From positions 3,311,812 through 3,335,193 of the forward strand of contig JANKJI020000004.1 in the NCBI GenBank assembly GCA_024626585.2: DNA of 23,382 nucleotides, read 5' to 3'. Below are positions 11,030-21,990 of the stretch, piece by piece. Under the pieces are notes generated by a model. It did no database searches and was not told where the DNA came from. It saw only the letters and a program-made list of their open reading frames with translations. A program made the translations under genes and the position numbers. Source of the DNA: Ginkgo biloba (Eukaryota > Plantae > Ginkgophyta). Within the stretch, counting starts at the first letter, position 1. The number at the start of each line of letters is the position of its first letter.

Positions 11030-13610
11030 TAATCAATCCACTAGCTTACAAAAAANNNNNNNNNNNNNTTGTTGTAGGCATGCTTTTTGCTCAAACAACC
11101 CATTTGACTCTTCTTATTTAAGAGGGTCATTTTTATGTACTCATCAAAGAATTCTTCACTTAAAGAAATACCACTAATGTTTTGAAAAAAGAAAAGAACT
11201 TCGAATGACCCTTCAAGGGATAGTTAATTTTTCACTAACTGTTCAATTTCAAGTGCCCTGACAACTTCCAATGTTTATTCACACCTCCAAGTTGTCATTC
11301 AATTTATAGTGATCACCCACTTTTTGGTGACCTTTTGGTTTTCAATGTCAATTTAACAATTAATGACTATTCAACTTTCAATCATTGTTCATATTTTGGT
11401 GCTTATCACCTTTGGGTGACTATTTACCTTTTGGTAACTTTTCACCTTACCTTGGTGGTTCATCTTTCGTTAACCTTTCATATTCCCTTGGTTGCTTGGC
11501 TTGGTGACTTTTTTTCTTCCCTCAAATATGATAGGCCTCTCTTAACTTTTTTAAGTCATCAGTAGTGTCCATTTTGGCTATTTCTTATGTTCATGCAATA
11601 TTTTATGCCTAGCACTAGAGAATAAATCCTATGAACTTCATAATCATAGGTGGAATATGAATAAACGAAGAAATCAAACAATGAAAACCACAACACAAAA
11701 TTGCTTTGAGTACAATTGTTCTACCACAAATTTTATCATACGAATGTAGTACAATGGAATCGATCCAATACAACTTGATACAATACAATGGGTATAGGGT
11801 CAAATAGATGCCCAAACAATAACCACTTCATAACTTCCTTTGGAACTTATGATTAACAATTAATCACATAAAGTNNNNNNNNNNNNNNNNNNNNNNNNNN
11901 NNNNNNNNNNNNNNNNNNNNNNNNNNNNNNNNNNNNNNNNNNNNNNNNNNNNNNNNNNNNNNNNNNNNNNNNNNGAAGGTGACTAAACATTAATTATTCC
12001 AACAAATCCCTGTAGGCTTGAAGGAGTTTCAAGTGATGCTTGTAATAGTTTCCCCTTCCTGATGGAGTCATTGATCTCAATGACTAACTCCATTGGTAAA
12101 TTTTAATATATTGAGAATGATTCTTATAAGATAGAAGAATAATATCGATGCAATAGAGAATCCATAATGATATTGTGCCCTCTTTGAGAATTTATTTCCC
12201 ATAATGATCGAAAAGATCAACAGCATGTAATGGTGAGAATAATCCTAGAAATGATCACCTTTGAGTGATTGTTCACCTTTGTCATATTTTAGTAACCTTT
12301 CAATTTCCCTTGGTTGTTCAACGTTGGTGAATTTTAGTCTTCCCTTGGTTGTTCAACTCTACTAGGTCGTAAATAGTACTTATTTTGGATTTTTATGAAA
12401 GTTTCCACCAATATTTCTATCATCATCATTAGTCCACTAGCTTACAAATACATTAATTTGTAACTAGTAATTGTAGACATTCTTTTTGCTCAAATAACTT
12501 GTTAGACTCTTCTTGATTGAGAGGGTCATTTTTATGTACTCACCAAAATTTATTCAATTAAAGAAAGACCACTAATGTAATTATCTTATTTTTATTAATA
12601 AATTAAGCTTTTCATTTGAAAAAATAAAAGAACTTCCAATGACCCTTCACCTTCAAGTGATTGTTAAGTTTTCACTAATTGTTCAATTTCTATTGCCCAG
12701 TCAACTTCCAATGTTTGTTTACCTCCAAGTGGTCATTCGATATATAGTGATTGCCCACTTTTTGGTGACCTATCAATTTTCAATGACTATTCACCTTTCA
12801 ATCATTGTTCATATTTTGGTGACTACTCACGTTTGAGTGACTGTTTAGCTTTTGGTATCCTTGGTTGTTCAATTTTCAATGACCTTTCATCTTCCATCGG
12901 TTGCTCAACTCCTCTTTTCTTGTGGAAAGGTGTTCTATGACTTTCCTTCTTCCCTTGACTATGCAAGGCCTCATATAACTTTTCCAAATCATCAATAGTG
13001 GTTAATTTGGCTATTGCTTGTGCCCATGCAATCTTTATGCCCAACACTACAGAGTCATATGCTTGAAGGAGTGTCAACTGGTACTTGAAACAATTTCCTC
13101 TTCTTCAAGGAGTCGTCGACCTCAATGATTAATTCCATTGGTAAATGTTAATATATTGAAAATGATTTGCATAAGATAGAATAATAATATTAATGTAATA
13201 GATTAAATACATAACAATATTGCTACCCTCTTCAAGAATTAATTTCCCATAATAATTAAAAATCTGAACAATTTGTAATGGTTATAATAATCCTACACAT
13301 GATCACCTTTGAGTGAGTATTAAGATTTATCATCTTTCGATATCCGTTTAGTTTTCCTTTGATTATTACTAGGTCATCAATAGTTATTTGGGCAATTAAA
13401 TACATCCATGCAACCCCTTATGCCCAACACTAGAGAATAACTCTCATTAGGATTGAAGGAGTGTCAATTGGTGCTTGTAATAGTTGTCCATTCTTGATGG
13501 AGTCATTACCTTCAATCAGTATACATTGAGAATGATTCTCATACGATAGAAGAATAATGTCAATATAATAGAGAAAATCTAGAACAATATTGTTTTCCTC
13601 TTGTGAAATT
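11030..13610 (-). repeat. Internally duplicated, diverged block with embedded 18-bp minisatellite; probable DNA-transposon remnant
   Basis: ~11035-11625 aligns by eye to ~12431-13060 (ccactagcttacaaa...gagggtcatttttatgtactca...gaacttc.aatgacccttca). The module ttgaaggagt.tcaa...gagtc...attga.aatgatt...gatagaa.aataat occurs three times (~12018, ~13063, ~13453). Confidence 0.85.
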
Positions 13611-13764
13611 TGTTCAATCTTGTAGCTAAGGCCTATAAGGTATTTGCCTTAATTTTTAATAACTTTTGAGATATAGGTATAATCTTATGGACTCAAATGA
13701 TTATCATGCACTTTGTTCTTGAAATTTTAGTTCTACATTATAGCATTTTTATGGGATTTTGCAG

Positions 13765-13848
13765 ATGACAGTTGTGAACTCATGGGTGTGTGGAAAGTTG
13801 AGAGAACCTAGCATATCAGATTTAGATCTAAGCCAAGAACATATAGAG
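13765..13848 (+). CDS. ACA: ACA exon: MTVVNSWVCGKLREPSISDLDLSQEHIE
   Basis: Acceptor ttttgcag|ATG ACA GTT GTG, donor GAG|gtgtgt; 84 nt, phase 0/0; MTVV is the expected continuation after DKTGTLTxN. Confidence 0.9.
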
Positions 13849-13985
13849 GTGTGTTTCATCTTGTATATACGTCATTTGGTGTTAGATATATGAGTAGAAC
13901 TAAATACAAATCAACTATGAAAATTGATTTAGAAATAGTGATTGTAAAATTTCAGATAAATGAGCATTTATGTTTGGATGTGTAG

Positions 13986-14033
13986 CTTCTCTCTGAAAGT
14001 ATCGTTCTAAATACAAATGGAAAAGTTACTATT
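13986..14033 (+). CDS. ACA: ACA exon (3' end uncertain or disrupted): LLSESIVLNTNGKVTI
   Basis: Acceptor gtgtag|CTT; matches ACA 'LLxExIxxNTxGxV'. Similarity fades after ~14033. The first good donor (G|gtaatt, 14056) is phase 1, and an in-frame TAG follows at 14061. Confidence 0.75.
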
Positions 14034-15766
14034 AGGAGGATGAATAAATGGAAGGGTAATTAGAGATGAATGGGTAAATTGTATGCAAGCAATGAAGTTA
14101 TGAAATGATGAAAGAAGGCTTGCACTATATGATATGTCTCTATTACAGCATTGATATCTTAATAATCAATAGGATATGACCTCATTATTCTTTACTTTTG
14201 GTACACAATTGTTCATGCATTAATAAAAAGCACTAAAATTGATGCATAACTAGTGGGTAAAATCTAATAAATACAAATTTTCCAAATTTTGTTCCCATTT
14301 GTGCAGCTATGAGTGATTTAGCAACTATGTTTTCTTGGTTTTATGATATCTTTAATGACAACCAAAAATATACACACTACTATTCAGGTGAAAATTATTG
14401 AAAGGGTGCTACTTAAGAAGGTAATAAGGCATTTTAAACATCTGCATTCCATCGATTTTGAACCATAATTAATTTTCTTCCATTATGTGGATCCTAAACT
14501 TTTAAATTCCAAGAGAACAATTGAATATTTTTCCTATCACAAACTATTTGTGACGGATATTTTTGTATTCTAGTTGCTCTTGTATAAACATCAATCTTCT
14601 TGATGAAAGTATACTTTCACATAGATAAGGGGTTTAAATAAAAATTAGTAGCGATAATTGAAAGCAAGAATATAAATAGAATTTCATTTTGAAAGTCAAT
14701 GTTGTTCTCCATTTCATGTTGATTTCCTAGCAATGGCAATGTTATAGATTTTTTGCCGCAAACGANNNNNNNNNNNNNNNNNNNNNNNNNNNNNNNNNNN
14801 NNNNNNNNNNNNNNNNNNNNNNNNNNNNNNNNNNNNNNNNNNNNNNNNNNNNNNNNNNNNNNNNNTAGTTACACTAGATAAATAATTGGAAACCCTGGTT
14901 GTCACAGTAGTAGCAATTTTATCTTAAACCATCGTGATAGCTAGGTGTCTTCATCATGCCTCAAAAGGAGCAAGACAAACTCATTGTCAATCATTGTTCG
15001 GAGCAAAGAGAGAATAGACAACAAGTAAAGAATGCAACACCAAAAAACCATTCCCTACAAAACAAATTGTCAAAGGTCAATACTTGGAAACCCTAAAGGG
15101 GAAAAGTAGTAGCATGGTCGATATTCAAGAAGAAACGATAACTATAATAGATTCCAAATCACAAGTTTCTACACCAAAAAAAGAGGATGTGAAAACTAAT
15201 ATCAGAATTGAGGACAATTCGAGGACGGTTGAAGATATAAGCTTGGTGCTTGACAATGAGGATAAAAAAGATTCCATGGATACTAATGATTATTGGCAAC
15301 AACTTTTAGATTATTTCTCACCAAAACCTAGCAATAAACGTCATGTTAGTGATTTGGATCTCCAATTAAATACATAACATTTGGGTTCATTATTTATGAA
15401 AAGCCACACTATTTACCATACAATATTTTATAGCCCACAAAGGCTAAGTAAATCTTATCTCATAAGTGGGTAGCATTTTTGTGCACTTTGATTTTCAATC
15501 CCATCTTAATGGATATAAATCTCTATAATTCATGGACTTTGATTCCATCCTTTCAGCTTGTTGTAATGCTCCATAGAGCATTTCCTTCTTTTTTTCTTTC
15601 ACCATCGCCTGTGAATGTAATTTCTATTCAATTTAATTTTGCTTCTAGTGTACACATTTGGGGTTTTAGATCAACAACTTAAGAGGTGGAAAGAAAATCA
15701 AATAGTCAAGCATTTGGGTTATTTGTGATGCAGATACCACAAGAAGAAAACAAGGCCTGAGGGATT

Positions 15767-16360
15767 CCAGATGAGATGGTACCATTGCTAGTAGAGTATA
15801 AGAATGTTTTTTTCAAAGAGATTCCAAAGAGGTTGCCCATAGAATGAGAAGTTGACCACTAGATTGATTTGGAGGAAGGATCCACACCTTCTTATAGGTT
15901 GTGCAATGATGAGAAGGAAAAGGTGGAAAATAACATTCAAGAACAATTAGATGAAGGTTTTATTAGACCTTACAAATCTCCTAACGCTACNNNNNNNNNN
16001 NNNNNNNNNNAAAATTCTATTTGTGAAAAATAAAGATGAATCCATGCATATGTGTATGGATTAGCAAGATTTGAACCAAGTCACCATCAAGGATAAGTAC
16101 CCTCTTCCCATAATTGATGATATTTTGGACACCATGAAGTGAGATATAGAATTCTCTAAGATCAATTTGAGGAGTCACTATCATCCGATCCACATACACT
16201 CTAAGGATTTGGAGAAGATAACTTTTACCATAGGGGATGTCCATTGTGAGCACTTGGTTATGCCTTGTGGATTGACTAATGCTTGAATTGATGAACAATA
16301 TCCTCAGGCCTTATTTGGGGAAATTTATGGTATTCGTCTCAGATGACATTATGATTGTTT
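15767..16360 (+). mobile_element. Degenerate Ty3/Gypsy reverse transcriptase fragment
   Basis: PDEMVPLLVEYKNVF..IPKRLP...VDH*IDLEEGSTP...YRL...QLDEGFIRPYKSP...[35 protein letters not shown]...FSKINLRSHYH...VMPCGLTNA...LMNNILRPYLGKFMVFVSDDI (DD at 16342-16347); several stops and frameshifts. Confidence 0.93.
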
Positions 16361-16594
16361 GCAATAGCAGATGTCCATCAACCTCTGGCTAGCATCTCTG
16401 ATTGTCTCCTTCTATCTAATCACTATTATCAAATGACACAACAACACTTCTCAGGGGGCCTCTAGGTTCTAGTTTCATTTGTCCTCCAAGGTCTCAATTA
16501 TCAATTCTCTAGCATCCCACATTCAAGTTTGCAACCTCCCATTAAAGGACAAGTAAGATAGGTAGTAGAAAGATATCCTAGAATGCTGAAAAAG

Positions 16595-16636
16595 GTTCAG
16601 ATTGAGGCCATCCTCAAGTTTGATGGGGCCTCAAAA
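16595..16636 (+). mobile_element. Possible start of a retroelement RNase H domain (L1-type or Tat aRH)
   Basis: Reads VQIEAILKFDGASK up to a gap, cf. LxFDGASKGNPG; very short match. Confidence 0.35.
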
Positions 16637-17421
16637 NNNNNNNNNNNNNNNNNNNNNNNNNNNNNNNNNNNNNNNNNNNNNNNNNNNNNNNNNNNNNNNN
16701 NNNNNNNNNNNNNNNNNNNNNNNNNNNNNNNNNNNNTCTTGTTCTAAGATCATGTTTAATATTGGACATCTATATATTTTTAGCCATATTTCAAGGTTTA
16801 TGAGGTAGTCTATGAGGGAATCCCATATAAGGTTGGCCTAATTGCTTATGTGTTTTAAATCCAAGTATTTTAGTTGCTTCTATTTTATGAAATAGATTAA
16901 AGACTATAAATTGAATATAGTACAACATATCACAATCTCCGGTTCACCTTTGTTTAACCTTGGGAGTTACATCTTCCTAAATGTTTATTTTTCTTCTATG
17001 TATCAAATTTAGGACATTGTTGATTGTGATTGTATTTTTATGGAGGCAAGTCCTTATATGTATCTAGGAATCATCTAAGAAAGCATCCCATACTAATAGA
17101 TAAATGAATCATGTTCTATTAAAAATCGATACCGACCAATAAGTTATGGTCAATTACATGATATTTAAGACTAGTTATTCATGATGTGCAAGGAGATCAT
17201 CCTTCTCTTGTCTCTTTCACCAATCATGGAATTCAGAAAATAATGCAATATCATCGTATGTTGTGATACAAACTCGATAAATGTAAGAAACCTCCTCTAT
17301 TTTGATTATTTTAGTGCAGAATTTATAGGTAATGCACCCATGTAACATTTTTATGTACAATGCTACAAATTTATATATCTTAAGTGTTAATATAAGTTTA
17401 TTTACAATTTCATTTCTCTAG

Positions 17422-17484
17422 GGAATGGATCCTGAAATTACGGGTAGTCCAACAGAAGTGGCTGTGTTGACTTGGGGAACTAAG
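17422..17484 (+). CDS. ACA: ACA exon (N domain): GMDPEITGSPTEVAVLTWGTK
   Basis: Acceptor tttctctag|GGA, donor AAG|gtaagg; 63 nt, phase 0/0; GSPTExAxLxWG motif. Confidence 0.93.
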
Positions 17485-20400
17485 GTAAGGATTGTTTTCT
17501 TTCTCCAACATCCTCTAATTAAGGCATAATTGTTTCACTATGATCCAAAATTTGAAAATATGAAATGACTTCATATAAGCTTAATAAGAATTCAATCTTA
17601 CATTGTATAGATGCGGAGTTTTCATGTGAGAACTACATACATGAAAAAATGCATATTTACATAATAAAACTAAGTTTATTATAATTTTTTTTTTCAAATC
17701 TTAAAACCATCTCTAGANNNNNNNNNNNNNNNNNNNNNNNNNNNNNNNNNNNNNNNNNNNNNNNNNNNNNNNNNNNNNNNNNNNNNNNNNNNNNNNNNNN
17801 NNNNNNNNNNNNNNNNNNNNNNNNNNNNNNNNNNNNNNNNNNNNNNNNCTTAAGTTTTGGCTCACCTTTCAAGAATACATTCATTAGCTTCAAATGCTTT
17901 GTTATGTAATTGTTCAACTTGTAATATAGGTTATATTCTATGTGTTCTCATCTCTAGTGAACCTTGAGGGTGAAACATCTTAGATCTACAATAAATAATC
18001 AAAATACCACCACAATCATCCCATACACATAAGATCATTCACCATGTAATATTAAAATACCATGTGTATAAGATTTCAAACACTTTTGATAAGAAGGTCA
18101 CAAGGTCAACCTAGAAGATCAACAATCAGTTCTCTCCAAGAATTGAGCAATGTTTAGAAAACATTAAAATACATATTGATGGTTAAATTTGATACTTGAG
18201 TGCCTTTATATATTCAAAATGGGGCCTCACTTATGCTAACTCTATTTGACCTTTAATGTGATATTAACAAAGTCTTGTAGAACATTACAATGGTTGTCTG
18301 TACAAACTTGGGTCAATTCTTTACATGCGCTTGTTCCCACATGATTAATCATAGCTATACACATTTTTTTTGGTACACAACATTCCTTCCTATCTTAACA
18401 TGATTCACCGTTGAAGCATTGGTTGTAGCCACCCAATTGTAATTTTTGGCATATGTAGGGCCATTTTTAATAATTTGGAAGGATTTAGGGTTCATTACAT
18501 TCCATGCCTTCTTGAGATTCACCTCCAAAGTATCTGCTAACATGTACTTGCCTCTCTTATTTTCTCTCTTTTCTAATCAATACTTTTCATCTCAAGTTAG
18601 TTTGGGGTATAATTTTCTTGATGTTAATGAGAAAATGTCTTGACAATGTTCATTCATGATCTTGGCATCACACTTCATTATAATGAGGATGTCCATTTGT
18701 TCACTTTGTGTGGAATTTCCTTCTATATTTATAGAAGGTGAAGTCCTACTATCAACAACATGTACTTTCTTCTCCTTTCTTTTTTCATGCATGTTCTTTA
18801 CCACTCACTTGTTCTATTTATCTACACTTGAGTATATCATGGTATTATCCATCTCTCTTTTTTATATCTATTTGATATGATGTGGCATTTGTCACTCCTT
18901 GCAATTTGATTCCCCACAAGGTTATATATCTTCCTTTCTCAAAAACTTCATAAACATATTTCAAAGATTAAAGGAAAATGTTTCTTTGAGATCCTAAAAC
19001 AACTTGTAATCTATGACTTGAAAATAATTATAAGTAAGAATGCAATTACTCACTATCAACTTAACATGCTTGCTCTATGCTTGGTATGGAATGGTTTGCT
19101 CACTTGTCTTGATTTGAATTTTTGAAATTGGACTTAGATGTAATTGAAGGTGTTTTTCCAAATAAATGACAATGAACTCATGTAGACTTCATGAATCAAT
19201 TAGCCCTCTTCTCAAATGTTGGGCTTGAATTTTAATGGCTTTGGTCCAAAAGTTGATGAAGGAATTGCTATTCCTAGAGAATCAAGAGAAATCTATCCTA
19301 TAGGTCTTACTATTTGAATTTGCATCAATGATATCCCTCAGTCCTCTTTGTGCTACTTCTTTAAGTGGTTCAGCCTTAGTTGCTTCATCATTTTCTTGTG
19401 CTATCTCCTCTTCTTTACGATCTTCAAGTACAATCTTTTCTTCTTTTTCATATCCTTTTTCACTATCATCTTTTTCGTCTTCATCTTTTTCTTGTGTCTC
19501 TTGTTTTTAATGACAATAGGTGCAATTTCTTGTCTTGAACTTCTAATTTGTACAATGTGTTCCATCCAACCTTTGCTTTGTATTGACCATTCTAATCTAG
19601 GATTATGTTTTTCAACCATATGTATTGCTTTTGGAAAATTTGATGGTGATAATATTTTGAGTTTTGTACTTAATTCTATTGTCGTCAGGTTTGTCAATAT
19701 ATAACCCCATTATTCTATCTTTTGGGGGCATTGTTATTATGTATTCTAGAATATAAAATAGGTGATTGTACTCCAACATTCATAATTATTGTATGACATG
19801 TATATTTTCTCCATTCCTCATAAAATTAGATTTTGAATGTAAGCTATGATGCATAATATTGTTTCCATAAAAATAATACATATGAAAATATTCTAAAAAA
19901 CCATAAAAGAAACCTTTGAAAAGAAAGCAAGGTTATCATAACAAGCCATTGTACACTATCGATAAGTAATAATTAACATGATTTTAATGTAATGGATAGT
20001 AGTAATGCATACATAGCTTGTGAAATTCATTATTTCAAAGGGTATACAAAATGTCACTAGTGTTATAGCACTCACCAATCACTTTTGCAATCTACTAAGA
20101 AAAATTGGAGATTCTCAAACAATTCATGGATGAGTTCAAGTTGAGTATACCATTGTCTACTAATTTTCAACTTTGGAAGAAGGAATAGTCACAAAACAAT
20201 TACCAAAGTAGTTAGAGATGACAGGATAACACTATTGATATGGCTGAAATTGAATTTTGATCGAGACCCACATGTATCAATGCAATTATTGGGTTATATA
20301 GTAGATAAAGTGATTGTGAGTGGGGGGTTCAACGATAATTGTATTGATAAAGAATACTTAGAAAGTGATCGTAAGATTTGCTAGGATGCCAACAAATTAT

Positions 20401-21164
20401 ACTCTTACCATGAAAGNNNNNNNNNNNNNNNNNNNNNNNNNNNNNNNNNNNNNNNNNNNNNNNNNNNNNNNNNNNNNNNNNNNNNNNNNNNNNNNNNNNN
20501 NNNNNNNNNNNNNNNNNNNNNNNNNNNNNNNNNNNNNNNNNNNNNNNNNNNNNNNNNNNNNNNNNNNNNNNNNNNNNNNNNNNNNNNNNNNNNNNNNNNN
20601 NNNNNNNNNNNNNNNNNNNNNNNNNNNNNNNNNNNNNNNNNNNNNNNNNNNNNNNNNNNNNNNNNNNNNNNNNNNNNNNNNNNNNNNNNNNNNNNNNNNN
20701 NNNNNNNNNNNNNNNNNNNNNNNNNNNNNNNNNNNNNNNNNNNNNNNNNNNNNNNNNNNNNNNNNNNNNNNNNNNNNNNNNNNNNNNNNNNNNNNNNNNN
20801 NNNNNNNNNNNNNNNNNNNNNNNNNNNNNNNNNNNNNNNNNNNNNNNNNNNNNNNNNNNNNNNNNNNNNNNNNNNNNNNNNNNNNNNNNNNNNNNNNNNN
20901 NNNNNNNNNNNNNNNNNNNNNNNNNNNNNNNNNNNNNNNNNNNNNNNNNNNNNNNNNNNNNNNNNNNNNNNNNNNNNNNNNNNNNNNNNNNNNNNNNNNN
21001 NNNNNNNNNNNNNNNNNNNNNNNNNNNNNNNNNNNNNNNNNNNNNNNNNNNNNNNNNNNNNNNNNNNNNNNNNNNNNNNNNNNNNNNNNNNNNNNNNNNN
21101 NNNNNNNNNNNNNNNNNNNNNNNNNNNNNNNNNNNNNNNNNNNNNNNNNNNNNNNNNNNNNNNT

Positions 21165-21990
21165 TGAACCACACTCCTCGCACGGCTCTACTCTGGGTCT
21201 ATCTTTAAAGTCACAAGATGAAAGCGGACCCCGTGACTTGGCGGCGCCTCTTTCTTACCTGCGTTCACTCATTAAACAGAGAGAGAGAGAGGAAAAAGTG
21301 AAACATATACATGCTTATCATCATTGCGCAAATCAGCCCGGGTGCCAATGTTATTTTCTTAGGGAGAGAATCATCATGCGGTGAGAGATCACCACAGAGT
21401 CGGCTGGAGATGATGACCACGCCGGAGAGGGTGACAAAAAAATACAAACAAAAGGGGGGCCCCCGTGAGGGAAAACCTACGGGGTATGTTGGGTACTCAA
21501 CACCTTTGTCAGTCTAGACTGTCCTCTGTTAGCCTTCGTATAGCCACCTCTCATTGATTTTTAATCCTCTGACGAGTCTTGTCGATCCATTATTCTATGG
21601 ACTCTATTGGTTCCTACCTCACCGACGTGTGTCATATTCTCTCTTATCTCTGACAAGGTCCACTAACTGCTTAACAGACGAATGTCAATTTTCCCTTTCA
21701 TACCGATGAGGTCAGTTTGCTACCTCACCAACGGTGTTGGACAACTGATCCAATCCGATGTGTCGATCCTCACATCCACCAACGATATCAGTCCTTCATT
21801 TTGGTGATGATGCCAATCCTATGCTCCACCGATGATGTCAATTTTGCCTTCCATATCGACAAAGTTAGATTTTTTACTCCCACCGACGTCGTCAGTCTTT
21901 CTCTCCACTGATGAGGTCGTTCCTGCTTCCCACCGACGGCATAGGCCACCTGACACTGTGGGCGCCGAATGCTCCTGCATCAAAAAGTTG
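21165..21990 (-). mobile_element. Probable 5' internal region of an LTR retrotransposon (Tat-like) with tRNA-Lys-type PBS
   Basis: Minus strand ...gcaggagCA-tt-CGGCGCCCACAGTG (PBS-like, 21967->21954, after a CA at 21971-21970) resembles TGGCGCCCACCGTG. The segment is GC/CpG-rich and carries a tandem array. Confidence 0.5.
21615..21945. repeat. Degenerate ~25-bp tandem array (core ccaccgatga.gtc)
   Basis: Units include taccgatgaggtcagtttgctacct, ccaccgatgatgtcaattttgcctt, ccaccgacgtcgtcagtctttctct, ccactgatgaggtcgttcctgcttc and ccaccgacggcatagg. Confidence 0.75.

Larger units (their letters stand above)
3370..17484 (+). other. ACA: Visible span of an intron-rich P2B-type Ca2+-transporting ATPase (ACA) gene; N- and C-terminal exons not visible (outside window or in gaps)
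   Basis: Eight collinear exons encode ACA motifs in the correct order: [65 protein letters not shown]. All have AG acceptors and seven have clear GT donors. Confidence 0.95.

Noticed and set aside
14956-15377. ORF 15084-15377 as a host gene
   Set aside because: Low-complexity, no recognisable domain or splice structure; probably part of the adjacent TE debris.
21615-21945. CRISPR-like array
   Set aside because: Units are degenerate and contiguous (~25 bp) with no identical repeats plus unique spacers, there are no cas genes, and the context is eukaryotic.
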